From assembly GCA_965237955.1 (NCBI GenBank), contig OZ250169.1, positions 7,392,001 to 7,456,000 on the forward strand: a stretch of DNA of 64,000 nt, read 5' to 3'. The position numbers and the translations under genes were made by a program. Every line of letters starts with the position of its first letter. The first letter of the stretch is position 1. Below the pieces are notes generated by a model that had not been told where the DNA came from, did not search any database, and worked only from the letters and a program-made list of their open reading frames with translations. This document shows, one piece after another, positions 10,384 through 20,934 of this stretch. The DNA comes from Candidatus Marinacidobacterales bacterium. GTDB lineage: Bacteria; Acidobacteriota; Vicinamibacteria; Marinacidobacterales; SMYC01.

Positions 10384-11250
10384 ATGAAGATGAGAAGTGT
10401 GGGCCCGGCCTTATTGGCATGGTCATTTTCGGTTGTCGCCCTTTCCGCCGGCGCGCCCGAACCACTCCTTCCGGTGCGGGTCGATACGCCCCCAGGTCAT
10501 CGACGGAGTTCTGAACGACGAAGCCTGGACCGAAGCACCATTCGTCACCGGATTCAAGACCTGGCTACCCGACTTCGGCAAGGATATGACCGAGAGGACC
10601 GAAGCCTATTATGCCTATGACCGGGAAAACCTCTACTTCGCCTTCCGCTGCTTCGATCGTGAGCCGGGCAAGATAAAAACCTCGATTTCCAGCCGGGACA
10701 GTATCCGTTCTGATGATTGGATCGGCATCAACTTGGACTCGTTCAACGATCAGCAATCGGCCTTATGCGTTTTATATCAATCCCATGGGCATTCAGGAGG
10801 ACTCCCGTTTCGCCGCCGGATTCGAGGACACCGGTTTCGATGCCGTGTGGTACAGCGCCGGGACACTGGATGAGGAAGGGTTCAAGGTCGAGGTCAGGAT
10901 CCCTTTCAAGAGCATTCGGTATGCCAGCACCGATCGAGTAGAGATGGGGATCGTCTTCCAGCGCCACATAACCCGCTACTCGGCAAAGGGGACCTATCCG
11001 GCACTTGAATCCAGCCAGAGGTCCGCAACCCGATGCCTTTCAAACTCAAATGCATCCCATCATCTTCGAAGAGGTTGAACATTACACGCTCTTCGAGCTG
11101 CTGCCGGCAGTCACTCATAGCCAGAGAGACAATGCTGAAAGAGGAAGATCTGGTCGATGCCGAGAACCGAACCGACGTCAGCTTGACGGTCAAGTACGGT
11201 ATAACTTCGGATTTGATCTTGGACGGTACGGTGAACCCCGATTTCAGCCC
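10384..11250 (+). pseudogene. CBM9-like/DUF5916-type secreted protein, frameshifted and truncated
   Basis: Signal peptide; IDGVLNDEAW, YDRENLYFAFRCFD, YAFYINPMGIQED, VEVRIPFKSIRY and KYGITSDLILDGTVNPDFS spread over four ORF-track pieces; ends before the ISAzo13. Confidence 0.7.
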
Positions 11251-11325
11251 GTCGGGGGCTTTTCTTCAAAGCGTCCTACTTTTGGCGGATGTAATCCAAT
11301 CCGTTCTGCCTGGTGATTGGACTAA

Positions 11326-13259
11326 GGGCCGGCGACAAAATAAGTTCCCGTTTTCAAGACGGTCGGATGGTGTAGTTCCATTTGGGTAGAGTCTGGTCCT
11401 TTGTAACGGAAAGCGCCTGCATCCGCTCGTCAGTGATTTTGACGCCCTTCGGATAACGACGCCGGATAAGGTGTGCGCGTACTCGCAAACCGGAAGAGGT
11501 GGTGGTCGTGCGGATGTATTTGAGGATGGTTTCGTAGCTGTCGAGAGGCCTGCCCGCCCAGTTCTTGCTGATCTCGCTGAACAGACGGTGCTCCACTGGA
11601 TTCCACTTGGATGTACCGGACGGATAGTGGGCTATGGTGATAGCGATGTCGTGGCGATTGCAAATCCGCGTTTGAAGCCCGTGCTTCCAACCCCGACACC
11701 GATAGCCATTGCTGCCCCCGGCGTCTGCCAATATCGCGAGGTCACGGGCTGCAGGATAGCGTCGCCGTCCTTCCGTTCGCCACCACTTCTCGATGGCATT
11801 CACGGCGAAGTCCGGGGTGTTGTACGAGGTACCAATGAACACTGTCCCGCGGTTCGCGAGCAGATCGTAGACGCCGTAGGGGATTGCGATGCCGTTCGAT
11901 TCGGAACGGAAGTCATGGTCTTTGACGAGAGTCGGCTCGCGGTTCCAGGCCTGCCCGCCGTTTTTGAATAATCCCACCAGCTCCCGTTTCTTCGTGTCTA
12001 CGCTGATGATGGGATGACCAGCTGCGGCAAAACGCTCGCGCAGTTCGGCGATACACGCGAATTGGGTATCGCGATCTTCGGACGTGGCACCGCACAGCTT
12101 CTTGTGGTTCACCCGCAACGAGAAGCCGAGCTGTTTGAGCAGTCGACCGACGGTTTTGCTGCTGACGTTCACACCAAGGCTTCTTAGCTCGCAAGCAATC
12201 TTGTCGGTGGTCCGCCGCGTCCATTTCACTCCCGTCATCGGATCGCCCGCGGTGTCGTGCTTCATGAGTTCTTCGATCTTGGCGATGACTTCTGGCGTTT
12301 TTTTTGCACGGCGCGCCGTCCGCCACCCTTTCGCCGAACTCCGTCGAGCTCAACATCTCTCATTAGTAATTCCCTACGACCTCTGGCTACCGTGCTCGGA
12401 TCCATCCCGAGCAGTTCGGCAATCTGTTGGTCGCCACCGTGACCGAGCTTCATGGCCTCGACCCCCGCGTAGAGACGGCGCTGCTTTTCATCGAGCAGGC
12501 TGTAGAAAAGAACGATCGCAGCCTTCAACTCCACGGGGAGCACGCGGACTCCCCCGACCCAGCCCAACGTGGAAGGTGACGCCTCATGTACCTGGCGGGC
12601 CGAGAGCTGTTGCTTGCGCGTGCTCACATCGGTGGCCAGATACAGATATCGGCCGAACACCTGCTCGCGCGCCAATCTTTTCTCTCGGACCAGTTTCAAC
12701 AGAGGAGCCTTGACGTCAACCTGCACCTCGTCCTCGAGCTCGTCGACGTAGTAGCCTGCCTCACAGGCCGCGACCAACGCTTTTACCGTCGCAAGCAACG
12801 TGGAAGCAACCCGTACTTCGAGAACCACACTGAGCGCAACGACCAAAGACCTTTTCGATCGAACTGGGCGATCTCGTCCAACGTGTAGTAGCTACCACGG
12901 TGGGAGTAGCTTGTCCGATACGCCAACTCATTGAGCTTTCGGAAGACGGTCGAGTCCACATCGGTACCCAACACTGCCTTCAAATCATCGAGGGTAGCTA
13001 TTTTGTGCTTCCTCAACAGGCGGTCGAGATCTTCAGACTGATAGCTCGTAGGTCTCATAATAGGAGAAGTGCTCCTTGATAGGCGTAATCCTCCCTAAAA
13101 TGAGGACCGTTTGTCAAACACGCGCTGGTTGCTGAAGATCTACAAATGTTCCGTTTCTAGGGAGCTTGCCAGGCTCTCGTGATGCCAGACGACATCGCGA
13201 TCACGACCTGAAACAGGAAGAGTGTGCTCAAAACTAGACAGTTATTTTGTCGGCGGCCC
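11326..13259 (-). mobile_element. ISAzo13-family element, copy 1 (orfA disrupted by an 8-bp insertion)
   Basis: Termini GGGCCGGCGACAAAATAA / TTATTTTGTCGGCGGCCC, flanked by TAA (CTAAG site); near-identical to 38111-40036. Confidence 0.9.
11354..12265 (-). CDS. ISAzo13 DDE transposase, catalytic part (orfB)
   Basis: TAGDPM, PIISVDTKKRELVG, LADAGGSNG and HYPSGTSKWNPVEHRLFS motifs. Confidence 0.9.
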   Translation of the reverse strand: MKHDTAGDPMTGVKWTRRTTDKIACELRSLGVNVSSKTVGRLLKQLGFSLRVNHKKLCGATSEDRDTQFACIAELRERFAAAGHPIISVDTKKRELVGLFKNGGQAWNREPTLVKDHDFRSESNGIAIPYGVYDLLANRGTVFIGTSYNTPDFAVNAIEKWWRTEGRRRYPAARDLAILADAGGSNGYRCRGWKHGLQTRICNRHDIAITIAHYPSGTSKWNPVEHRLFSEISKNWAGRPLDSYETILKYIRTTTTSSGLRVRAHLIRRRYPKGVKITDERMQALSVTKDQTLPKWNYTIRPS

Positions 13260-13309
13260 TAAGGGGGAGCGCGCTCGACGAGCTGATCCCGGAGCGATGG
13301 CCGTTCGGG

Positions 13310-13954
13310 TCAGCTCACTGGCTGGCGCTCGACAAAGCCGTCGTAGAGCCTGCTCGGGTAGCCTTCGGCGTCGAGTGTCCCCCCATCTATCGCGAGGACG
13401 CCCTGATGCAGACGGTCCGCACCAAGCGTGTCATCGACGTAGAAGATTTGCTTGAAAGGTTGGCTCGTGGTTGGAAAAGACGGGCAGCGTTGGCAGATTA
13501 GTGTGAGGTACGTTCCCTCGACGCGAGTGACCCTGACGTCCTCACCTGCGAGCTTCGCGACGCTTTCTTCGCCGAGACGGGCGTCGCGGGTTAACTCCCG
13601 AACCCTAAACACCCCCGAGCACGTGAAATTGTCATAGGTCTCCTGGTACACGCTGATCTCCGACCCTAAGATTGTAAAAGCCTGCCGGAGCGAGCCGTTG
13701 GGTGCGGCTGGCGTCCCTAAGTTGCATCCAGAGATCCAGACGCCATCGAGCGATACCGTCGCTCCCGACGCGGTAGGCATCGCCAGGCTCGGGCCCGGAG
13801 CCGGAGCCGGAGCCGAGGGAGATGCTGGCGCAAATGGTAAGCGGGGGAAATCGCTAGCTTGTCGTCGCCCGAGTTTCGTGTCGATGCAGGCCGCAAGGGC
13901 CAGGATTTCGATCAGCGCCACCGCGAACGCGGTCGCTCTTGTCCATTTCGCCAT
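13310..13954 (-). CDS. Hypothetical lipoprotein
   Basis: RBS GGAG; MAKWTRATAFAVALIEILALAAC lipobox; Pro/Ala linker then a beta-rich domain with several Cys. Confidence 0.65.
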   Translation of the reverse strand: MAKWTRATAFAVALIEILALAACIDTKLGRRQASDFPRLPFAPASPSAPAPAPGPSLAMPTASGATVSLDGVWISGCNLGTPAAPNGSLRQAFTILGSEISVYQETYDNFTCSGVFRVRELTRDARLGEESVAKLAGEDVRVTRVEGTYLTLICQRCPSFPTTSQPFKQIFYVDDTLGADRLHQGVLAIDGGTLDAEGYPSRLYDGFVERQPVS

Positions 13955-14006
13955 TTCATATTCTCCCGAGCTGCTTGATCTTTCTGAACCCCACATTTCT
14001 TGGTAT

Positions 14007-15065
14007 ACGGATTCTACATCGAATCTCGGTCCGCTGCTGCAGACGGTCGTTGTCGCGGTGGTCGCCATTGTGATGCTCGCAGCGGCTCGCTGGCTCCTGG
14101 AAAAGCGCGTCTCGCGGCAGACCGAGGGCGCCTTTCGCATTCAAATCATCATGCTGGCGCTTACCGTGGCAGCCGTCGTCGGCGGGATTCTTGCGCTTCC
14201 GATCTCGGACACGACTCGCGCACAGCTTCTCAGCTTGCTCGGGATCCTTCTCTCGGCAGCGATCGCTCTGTCGTCGACCACGTTCCTCGGGAACATCATG
14301 GCGGGCATGATGTTGCGTGCCGTACGTCCATTCAAGGGCGGCGACTTCATACGGATCGGCGAGCACTTCGGCCGGGTGTCGGAGAGAGAGCTGTTTCATA
14401 TCGAGATCCAGACGGCCGACCGGGATCTGACGACGCTCCCCAATCTCTACGTCGTGACCAACCCCTTCACCGTCGTGCGCAAGTCGGGCACCATCGTCTC
14501 GACGAGGCTTTCACTCGGCTACGACGTTCCCCGGACCCGCGTCGAAGATCTTCTTCTCGAGGCGGCGAGCCGTGCGGGCCTCGACAAGCCCTTCGTGCAG
14601 ATCGTGGAGCTCGGCGATTTTTCAGTGACCTACCGGATCGCCGGCCTGTGTACCGAAGTCGACCAGATGCTCTCCACGCGTTCCCGACTCCGGGCGAGCG
14701 TCATGGACGTGCTTCATGAAGGCGACGTCGAGATCGTTTCGCCGGAGTTCAGGAACCTGCGCAACCTCGAGTCAGACCGGGCCATCATTCCCGAGGCGGC
14801 CGCACGGTCACGAGCGCGCGAGAGCGAAGGCGATGGACCCGAGGCTATTGTCTTCGACAAAGCGGCTCAGGCCGCGGCGTTCGAGGCGATCCGAAAGCAA
14901 TTCGCAGAGATGGGGAAAGCGATCGAGACGCTGAAGGTCGAGCTCAAGACCGCGCAGGAGCCGACCAAGGCCAAACTCGAGCGTCGTCTCGAGCGACTCG
15001 AAGCGGGACGTGCTCGACTCACCGAGTACCTCGCGACCGCAGCCGAACTGGACGACGAAGACTGA
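14007..15065 (+). CDS. MscS-family mechanosensitive channel with C-terminal coiled coil
   Basis: TM helices, GNIMAGMMLRAVRPFKGGDFIRIGEHFGRV and LSLGYDVPRTRVE. Start uncertain (ACG 14007, GTG 14058 or ATG 14073); the ORF-track extension to 13698 overlaps the divergent lipoprotein. Confidence 0.85.
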   Translation, partial: TDSTSNLGPLLQTVVVAVVAIVMLAAARWLLEKRVSRQTEGAFRIQIIMLALTVAAVVGGILALPISDTTRAQLLSLLGILLSAAIALSSTTFLGNIMAGMMLRAVRPFKGGDFIRIGEHFGRVSERELFHIEIQTADRDLTTLPNLYVVTNPFTVVRKSGTIVSTRLSLGYDVPRTRVEDLLLEAASRAGLDKPFVQIVELGDFSVTYRIAGLCTEVDQMLSTRSRLRASVMDVLHEGDVEIVSPEFRNLRNLESDRAIIPEAAARSRARESEGDGPEAIVFDKAAQAAAFEAIRKQFAEMGKAIETLKVELKTAQEPTKAKLERRLERLEAGRARLTEYLATAAELDDED

Positions 15066-16871
15066 ACGCGATTTGGGCGCCAGGGTTCTGACATATCGAG
15101 CGCGCCCACGGGCTCAGGTGAAAAAGAACAAAAAGCGAACACCTTGCCCGGGCGAGATTCCCGTCGAAAACTATCCATGTCGAACAGGAAAAACGGGCGT
15201 CAGTCCAGCAAGCCGCCGCCGAGGGTCACCACGCCACCACTAATCGCCCTACTCGAATGGACACTCCTCGTGTGTCTCGAACCCACGAAACACACTTGAC
15301 CAACTTCGCACCGCCGGCGGCGGAGCGTGATTTCCCGTGGAGATGCTCACCGAAGGGTCTAATATCCATATCGTAGGAGAAACTCCCGCCCAGCTCGCAA
15401 CCCGACGAGATACAAAATGCCTATTAGTCCTGCTCCTCGAGTGTCGCTGCCCTACACTCCGTTGTCGCCACCGTACATCATCCGAATCGGCTTGGTACAA
15501 GTTAGGGTGCCGAAGCACTGATTCGGCAGCGCTCTAAACGGCGTTGCGCTGCAAAGAGATACAACCGGCTGCAAACCAATTGCTAACAGGCTTTCACCCG
15601 AATCGATGAAGTCCAGCCGGTCCTGGTCCGCTAACGGAAAAACGCGGGCCCTTAACAGTACCGAAACATCACTGGGTTCACCCGTCATTTCAGGCGATTA
15701 GTTTCTGCCGGTCTAACGTCCTTGAGACTCGCACTTTGACTGCTGTCCCGGACGACAAGAGTTGCAGACTCGGGGACGAGTTTGGGCTCGGCTACAGTCT
15801 TTTACTGCAACACGATACGGACACACTTTCGCTCGAAACAGGTCAATTGGGTTCTGTAGCTTAGTTGGAAATCAGACAAGTTAGTAGAGCGGACCTTATC
15901 TTCATCCTGGAAGGAAGAGCGAAAAGTGCTCGTGTTTCCGAATGAATAGCGCAATCGAAGCTGCCGGAACCCGCTCAAGAGCGAGCAGAAACCAAGGTCG
16001 AAAAACGGCAGCTGGTTTGGGTGGGGTTTCGGCCAGGTTCGCCGAAATCCTGCTTCTGGCCGGCTTGCAAACAATTATCATTCAATAACATACGGCCAGT
16101 CGGATTGAAATACGCCGGGGAGTTTTCGGCCCGAATCGAAGGAACGTAAGGTCGTCAGAGAGGGCGAACGTCGACCGGAAACCTGCCGAAATTGCAGGTC
16201 AAAATGTCGCTCGGAATCGGCCCCTCATTTCTGCGCTTTTCGCCAACGAGATCGTCCTGGTCGCGTGGCGAGCTCTCGTCTGTTAGCGCGATTCCCTCGC
16301 GATTTCCGAACGGGGGTGTCATGTCGCTACAGAGGCTCTGTAATTAGTGACACGCTCGCGCGTCTCAGCCCCGGGTTGGCTTAGCGGAATCTCGACAAAA
16401 TTCCTGTCGAAACCAGGGAGGGCCCTTCGGGTCCTTGCGCCGGGAGCATGTTTAGAGTATAGGTTTCGAGATTGGGGAAGCCGAAAATGGGAATCCAGAG
16501 AAAAGTAATACCTGTCATTCTTGCCCTAGTTACACCTTTGCTCTCTGCGAGTCAGTGCGAGCTTACCGACATCAAACCCACGGAACCTGATGTGCAACTA
16601 ACTGCCGCGCCCGTCTCTATTGAGACAGGTCAGTCTACGACGTTATCTTGGAATTCTGACGTGAGTTCACATATCTCTATTTCGCCGGACGTTGGCGTGG
16701 TATTCCGAGAAATGGTCGGTACTGTTAGCGGCGGGCGTAAATTGCACACTTATGGCGGACGAAAATTGCACACTCGGCCATCCGTAAAAGGAGGCCGTTG
16801 TCGTGTGTCTGGAGTGCCAGACATGACGGCGCGCCTTCAATCAGAATGGCGTTTCCGGAGTGGAGGCGCCG

Positions 16872-17916
16872 ATGTACGGAAGGGAGAAACGAGTGTTACT
16901 ACGAGAGTATTTGGAGCAGGGAATCAAGAAGGTCGGCGCTAGCAGACAAGCTAGGAATCAGCCGCCGAACGGTCCACCACTGGATAAAGACGGGTCAACT
17001 GGACCGAGAGTTGGACGAGGAAACGGTGCGCTACAAGAAGCGTCCGCGGATCGAGCGCAGGATCGACCCGTACCGGGAGATCCTTCATTCGCGCCTGCAC
17101 GAGTTCCCGGAGCTGAGTTCAGTACGCCTGCATGATGAGATCCGTGCCGCGGGCTATGAAGGCGGCTACACGCAGGTCAAGGAGTACGTGCGGCAGATTC
17201 GCCCACAGCCACCGGCGGAGCCGCTGGTGCGTTTCGAGACCCCACCAGGCCACCAAGCTCAGGTCGATTTTGCACACTTTCGTTTGCCATGGGGTCGTCG
17301 GTGGGCACTTCTCGTGGTGCTCGGATACTCGAGGCTGCTATGGCTTCGGTTTTTCAAGCGACAGGACATGCGGACGTTGTTCGCGGGGCTTGAGCAGGCC
17401 TTCCTATTTTTTGGAGGAGTTCCCAAAGAGCTCCTTTTTGACCAGATGCGTTCGGTCATCGTCGAGGATCACCGCCGGGAAGGTGGCCCTCTCGTTGAGA
17501 ACCCAGAGTTCGTCCGCTTCGCCCACCACTGGGAGTTTCGAACAAGAGCGTGTCGCCCGTATCGGGCGAAGACCAAGGGCAAAGTGGAAAGGCCAATCCG
17601 CTATGTGAGAGGAAGCTTCTTCTACGGTCGCCACTTTATCAACGATGACGACCTCGATGCTCAGCTCGAGCGTTGGCTGAGTGACGTCGCCAACGTCCGA
17701 CTCCATCGCACAACCAACGAACGACCGATAGAACGATTCGCGCGCGATGAAAGGGCCACTCTGAGACCGCTCGTTGAGCGGCCATATCGCTCTCTTGTAC
17801 TGCCAAACCAACCCGCGAGAAGAACTCCAAAAGCCTACTTAACCACACTGCCTTCGATGGATGTCGAGCATCGTCCCCTCGAAGTCTACACGCGGCTCGT
17901 TGGAGGTGGACAATGA
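16872..17916 (+). pseudogene. istA: IS21 IstA (element B), +1 frameshift near 16932
   Basis: RBS GGAGG; MYGREKRVLLREYLEQGIKK then SALADKLGISRRT in the next frame; RFETPPGHQAQVDF, LFDQM, KTKGKVER. Confidence 0.85.
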
Positions 17917-18740
17917 AGGCGAGCACAATATCGCGACGTGAGCAGATCCGTACGATGCTGGCCGACCTAAAGATACCTGGCGCGCTCGAAGCTGTCGACC
18001 GCGTACTATCTGATGCCGATGGCGGTGCGGTCACAACGGCGGAGGCCATCGAGAACCTTCTTGGAGCGCAGATCACGTTGAGAAACAACCGTCGTCTCCA
18101 AGCGGCGATGCGCTCCTCACGACTCCCCGCGGTCAAAACAATCGATGAGTTCGATTTTTCGTTCCAGCCATCGATCAAACGCGAGCAGATTGAGAACCTT
18201 CACGAGCTCGGGTTCGTTGAACGTAAGGAGAACGTCGTCTTATTGGGACCTCCTGGTGTGGGCAAAACTCATCTTGCCATCGCCGCTACCCAGAATGGAC
18301 GGCGCGTCTATTACGGCACCCTGGCTGAGCTCATCACCTCCCTCGAAGAGGCTCGTGACGCGGGCCGCCTCACTCGTCGACTCGCGGTTCTCAGTTATCC
18401 GTCACTGCTTGTTGTCGATGAAATCGGATACCTACCCGTCACCCAGACCGGCGCGGTGCTTTTTTTCCAGCTCATAAGTAGGCGATACGAGCGCGCTTCG
18501 ACCGTGCTCACCTCTAACAAAAGTTTCGAGGAATGGGGCGAGATCCTTGGCGACGAAGTCATGGCCGCCGCTCTCATCGACCGCATTCTGCACCACTGCC
18601 ACCTCGTCAACATCCGAGGAAACAGTTACCGCATGAGAGAGCACTCCGAACTGTGGCGAGCGCTCCATCCGGCGGGTTCGGACGAACCTCACCCGCCGGC
18701 TAAATCTCATAGGAAATACACGGAGGCGACGGCGTCATAG
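17913..18740 (+). CDS. istB: IS21 IstB ATPase (element B)
   Basis: GPPGVGKTHLA, LLVVDEIGYL, LTSNKSFEEW, AALIDRILHH. Confidence 0.92.
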   Translation: MKASTISRREQIRTMLADLKIPGALEAVDRVLSDADGGAVTTAEAIENLLGAQITLRNNRRLQAAMRSSRLPAVKTIDEFDFSFQPSIKREQIENLHELGFVERKENVVLLGPPGVGKTHLAIAATQNGRRVYYGTLAELITSLEEARDAGRLTRRLAVLSYPSLLVVDEIGYLPVTQTGAVLFFQLISRRYERASTVLTSNKSFEEWGEILGDEVMAAALIDRILHHCHLVNIRGNSYRMREHSELWRALHPAGSDEPHPPAKSHRKYTEATAS

Positions 18741-19299
18741 GGTTCGCCACCCATGGCTCGGGTGTGCAATTTTCATCCGCCATGAATGCGCAGTTTTCGG
18801 CCGGCGTTGACAGGTACTCCTACAATCGGCTCAAGGAGTGGTAGCGTTCAACTACAACCCGTTGAAACGGTTACCTATGTCGCGACAGCATGGAACGCAG
18901 GGGCAGAATCTACCGACAGTGTGACTGTGACAGTCACTAATTCCCCGACCACACCAGGAACTACCACGTTGGTCGGTTCGTTCAGTTTTGACAACTTCGG
19001 AGAGGAGCCTTACGTTCAGACAGTCAGGTTCACTGGCAATCTGGTCTCCTCATCGGGGAACACCGGGGATTCCCAATTCTCCATATCGACAATGAACTTG
19101 GTGCAGCCCGGTGCTCTTGGCTTAGTATCTTTCACCAAGTCAGGACTCCAACCCGGAAGCTGGACTATTAACGCCGTTCCAGAAGGAGTCGCGGGGCCGA
19201 TACAATGCCTAATCGTTCGCGTTCCCGGAGTGATCCGTCTCAGCGTCGCAGAGTGGTTGCCCGAGTGCGGCGGCTAGACTTCGGTTTCGCCATCTACGG

Positions 19300-19466
19300 C
19301 TAGTCCCCTGGAACAGAGGTTCGTGGCCTAAAGCTCGACGCCATTTTGTGGGCTGGCGAGGCGTGACGACGAAGTCATATTGGAATATTTTCGAGGAGGA
19401 ACAACGAAGCCAGCGCGCAAAAAGGGCCCGAGATTTAGGCTACGAACCTCTGTTCCGGGGGACTAG
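19300..19466. mobile_element. ~167-bp MITE family B (IS630-related ends), copy 1, abutting IS630
   Basis: ~33-bp terminal inverted repeats CTAGTCCCCTGGAACAGAGGTTCGT...; second copy at 61792-61957. Confidence 0.88.
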
Positions 19467-20651
19467 TCCCCCGGATCTTTAATTACTGTCCAAATTCGAT
19501 TTGTCATGTGTATCGAGCGTTCGCTGGGCGAACCGAGCGATGGTTTCGAGGATTTGGTCGGCGGATTTCGTCCACTTGAACGGCTTTGGGTTCTCGTTGT
19601 GAGCATCGAGATAGTCTTGTATCGCAACGCGGAGCTGAGGCACGCTCGTGTGCGAGCCTCGTCGCAAGGCGTGTTCGGTGAGCAAGCCAAAGAAGCGCTC
19701 AGCGAAGTTGAGCCAAGAGGCGTGTGTCGGTGTGAAGTGAAAGTGGAACCGAGGTCGCTTGGAAAGCCAGCGTTTGATCGCCGGTGTCTTGTGCGTGGCG
19801 AGATTGTCGAGCACGACGTGGATGTCCAACTCGCTGGGAACGGCTGCTTCGATCTCAGCGAGGAACTTCTTGAACTCTAGCGCTCGATGTCGCGCGTAGC
19901 ACTTTCCGAAGACTTCACCTGTTGCGGCGTCGAGTGCGGCAAACAGGTCAGTCGTTCCATGCCGAATGTAGTCGTGGGTTTGTCGCTCGGGCTGGCCCAA
20001 GCTCATGGGCAGGACAGGTTGAGCACGCTCGAGCGCTTGAATCTGCGATTTCTCGTCGACGCACAGGACGACCGCGTTATCCGGTGGGTTCATATACAGG
20101 CCAACAACGTCGCGTACTTTTTCGACCAGTTGTGGGTCTTGCGAGAGACGAAACGATTCCGAGCGGTGCGGTTGAAGCCCGAACGTTCGCCAAATACGTC
20201 CAATCGTCGAATGACTCAGCCCAAGATGCTTGGCCATCGAGCGCGTACTCCAATGGGTTCTCCCCTTTGGAGTCGTCTCCAGCGTCTTGGTCACGACTTC
20301 CTCGATCTGGTCATCGCCGATTTTGCGAGCCGCTCCCGGCCGAGGTTCGTCGTACAACCCTTCCATTCGTTGTTCTACAAAGCGTCTTCGCCACTTGCCC
20401 ACCGTGCTCCTCATGGTGTGCATCTTCCTAGCAACTTCCATATTCGTCAGACCCGCCGCGCAATCCAGCACGATCTTCGCTCGGAAGGCTTGGTGCGGCG
20501 AACTACGGCTGCGTCGCGCCAGTCGCGTCAGCGCTTCGCTTTCTTGAGACGACAGCTTCAATTCGGCTTTTCGCCGGCCCTTGTGTTTCATGCATTTAGC
20601 AGATCACAGAAGGGCCGGTGTTGTCTAGCTTTTTCTGTTCCATGGGACTAG
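19463..20651 (-). mobile_element. IS630-family element
   Basis: CTAGTCCC...GGGACTAG boundaries (TA target) around an intact transposase. Confidence 0.9.
19479..20591 (-). CDS. IS630 DDE transposase
   Basis: [57 protein letters not shown]. Confidence 0.95.
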   Translation of the reverse strand: MKHKGRRKAELKLSSQESEALTRLARRSRSSPHQAFRAKIVLDCAAGLTNMEVARKMHTMRSTVGKWRRRFVEQRMEGLYDEPRPGAARKIGDDQIEEVVTKTLETTPKGRTHWSTRSMAKHLGLSHSTIGRIWRTFGLQPHRSESFRLSQDPQLVEKVRDVVGLYMNPPDNAVVLCVDEKSQIQALERAQPVLPMSLGQPERQTHDYIRHGTTDLFAALDAATGEVFGKCYARHRALEFKKFLAEIEAAVPSELDIHVVLDNLATHKTPAIKRWLSKRPRFHFHFTPTHASWLNFAERFFGLLTEHALRRGSHTSVPQLRVAIQDYLDAHNENPKPFKWTKSADQILETIARFAQRTLDTHDKSNLDSN

Positions 20652-20934
20652 CGGTGAAGCGCCATAGCATCCTGACCACGTGCCACTGGCGAATTGCCAA
20701 TCTTTTACCTTAAGAGCGACGATAGCTCCAAGGGAGGCTTCCCGCCCGAATTTCGTCTACATGGGTGTTGGCGTAGAGGGCAAGGGGGGGTACTTTCGAG
20801 TGAACGAACGGATTTCGTTCATTCCCCGATGACCTCCGCCCACACGGGCGGTGCCATTGCTGTCAAGTTGGGAGCGCGGACCACAAGATATGGGCGTTGC
20901 TACACCTAACCTGACCACACCATATTGTGGTACC

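Larger units (their letters stand above)
16723..18812 (+). mobile_element. IS21-family element B with 5-bp target duplication GGTAC
   Basis: Ends TGTTAGCGGCGGGCGTAAATTGCACACT / GCGCAGTTTTCGGCCGGCGTTGACA; GGTAC at 16718-16722 and 18813-18817. Confidence 0.92.
16487..19277 (+). pseudogene. Secreted Ig-like protein interrupted by IS21 element B
   Basis: Leader, then LTAAPVSIETGQSTTLSW...EMVGT | PTIGSRSGSVQLQPVETVTYVATA; the halves join in frame through TSD GGTAC. Confidence 0.75.

Noticed and set aside
13698-14006. N-terminal extension of the MscS ORF and the reciprocal extension of the minus ORF to 14140
   Set aside because: Mutual overlap; each gene has a better internal start (lipobox gene at 13954, MscS membrane region after ~14007).
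15849-15920. tRNA-like start GGGTTCTGTAGCTTAGTTGG
   Set aside because: No pairing anticodon stem, no T-loop GTTCGA and no complementary acceptor stem.
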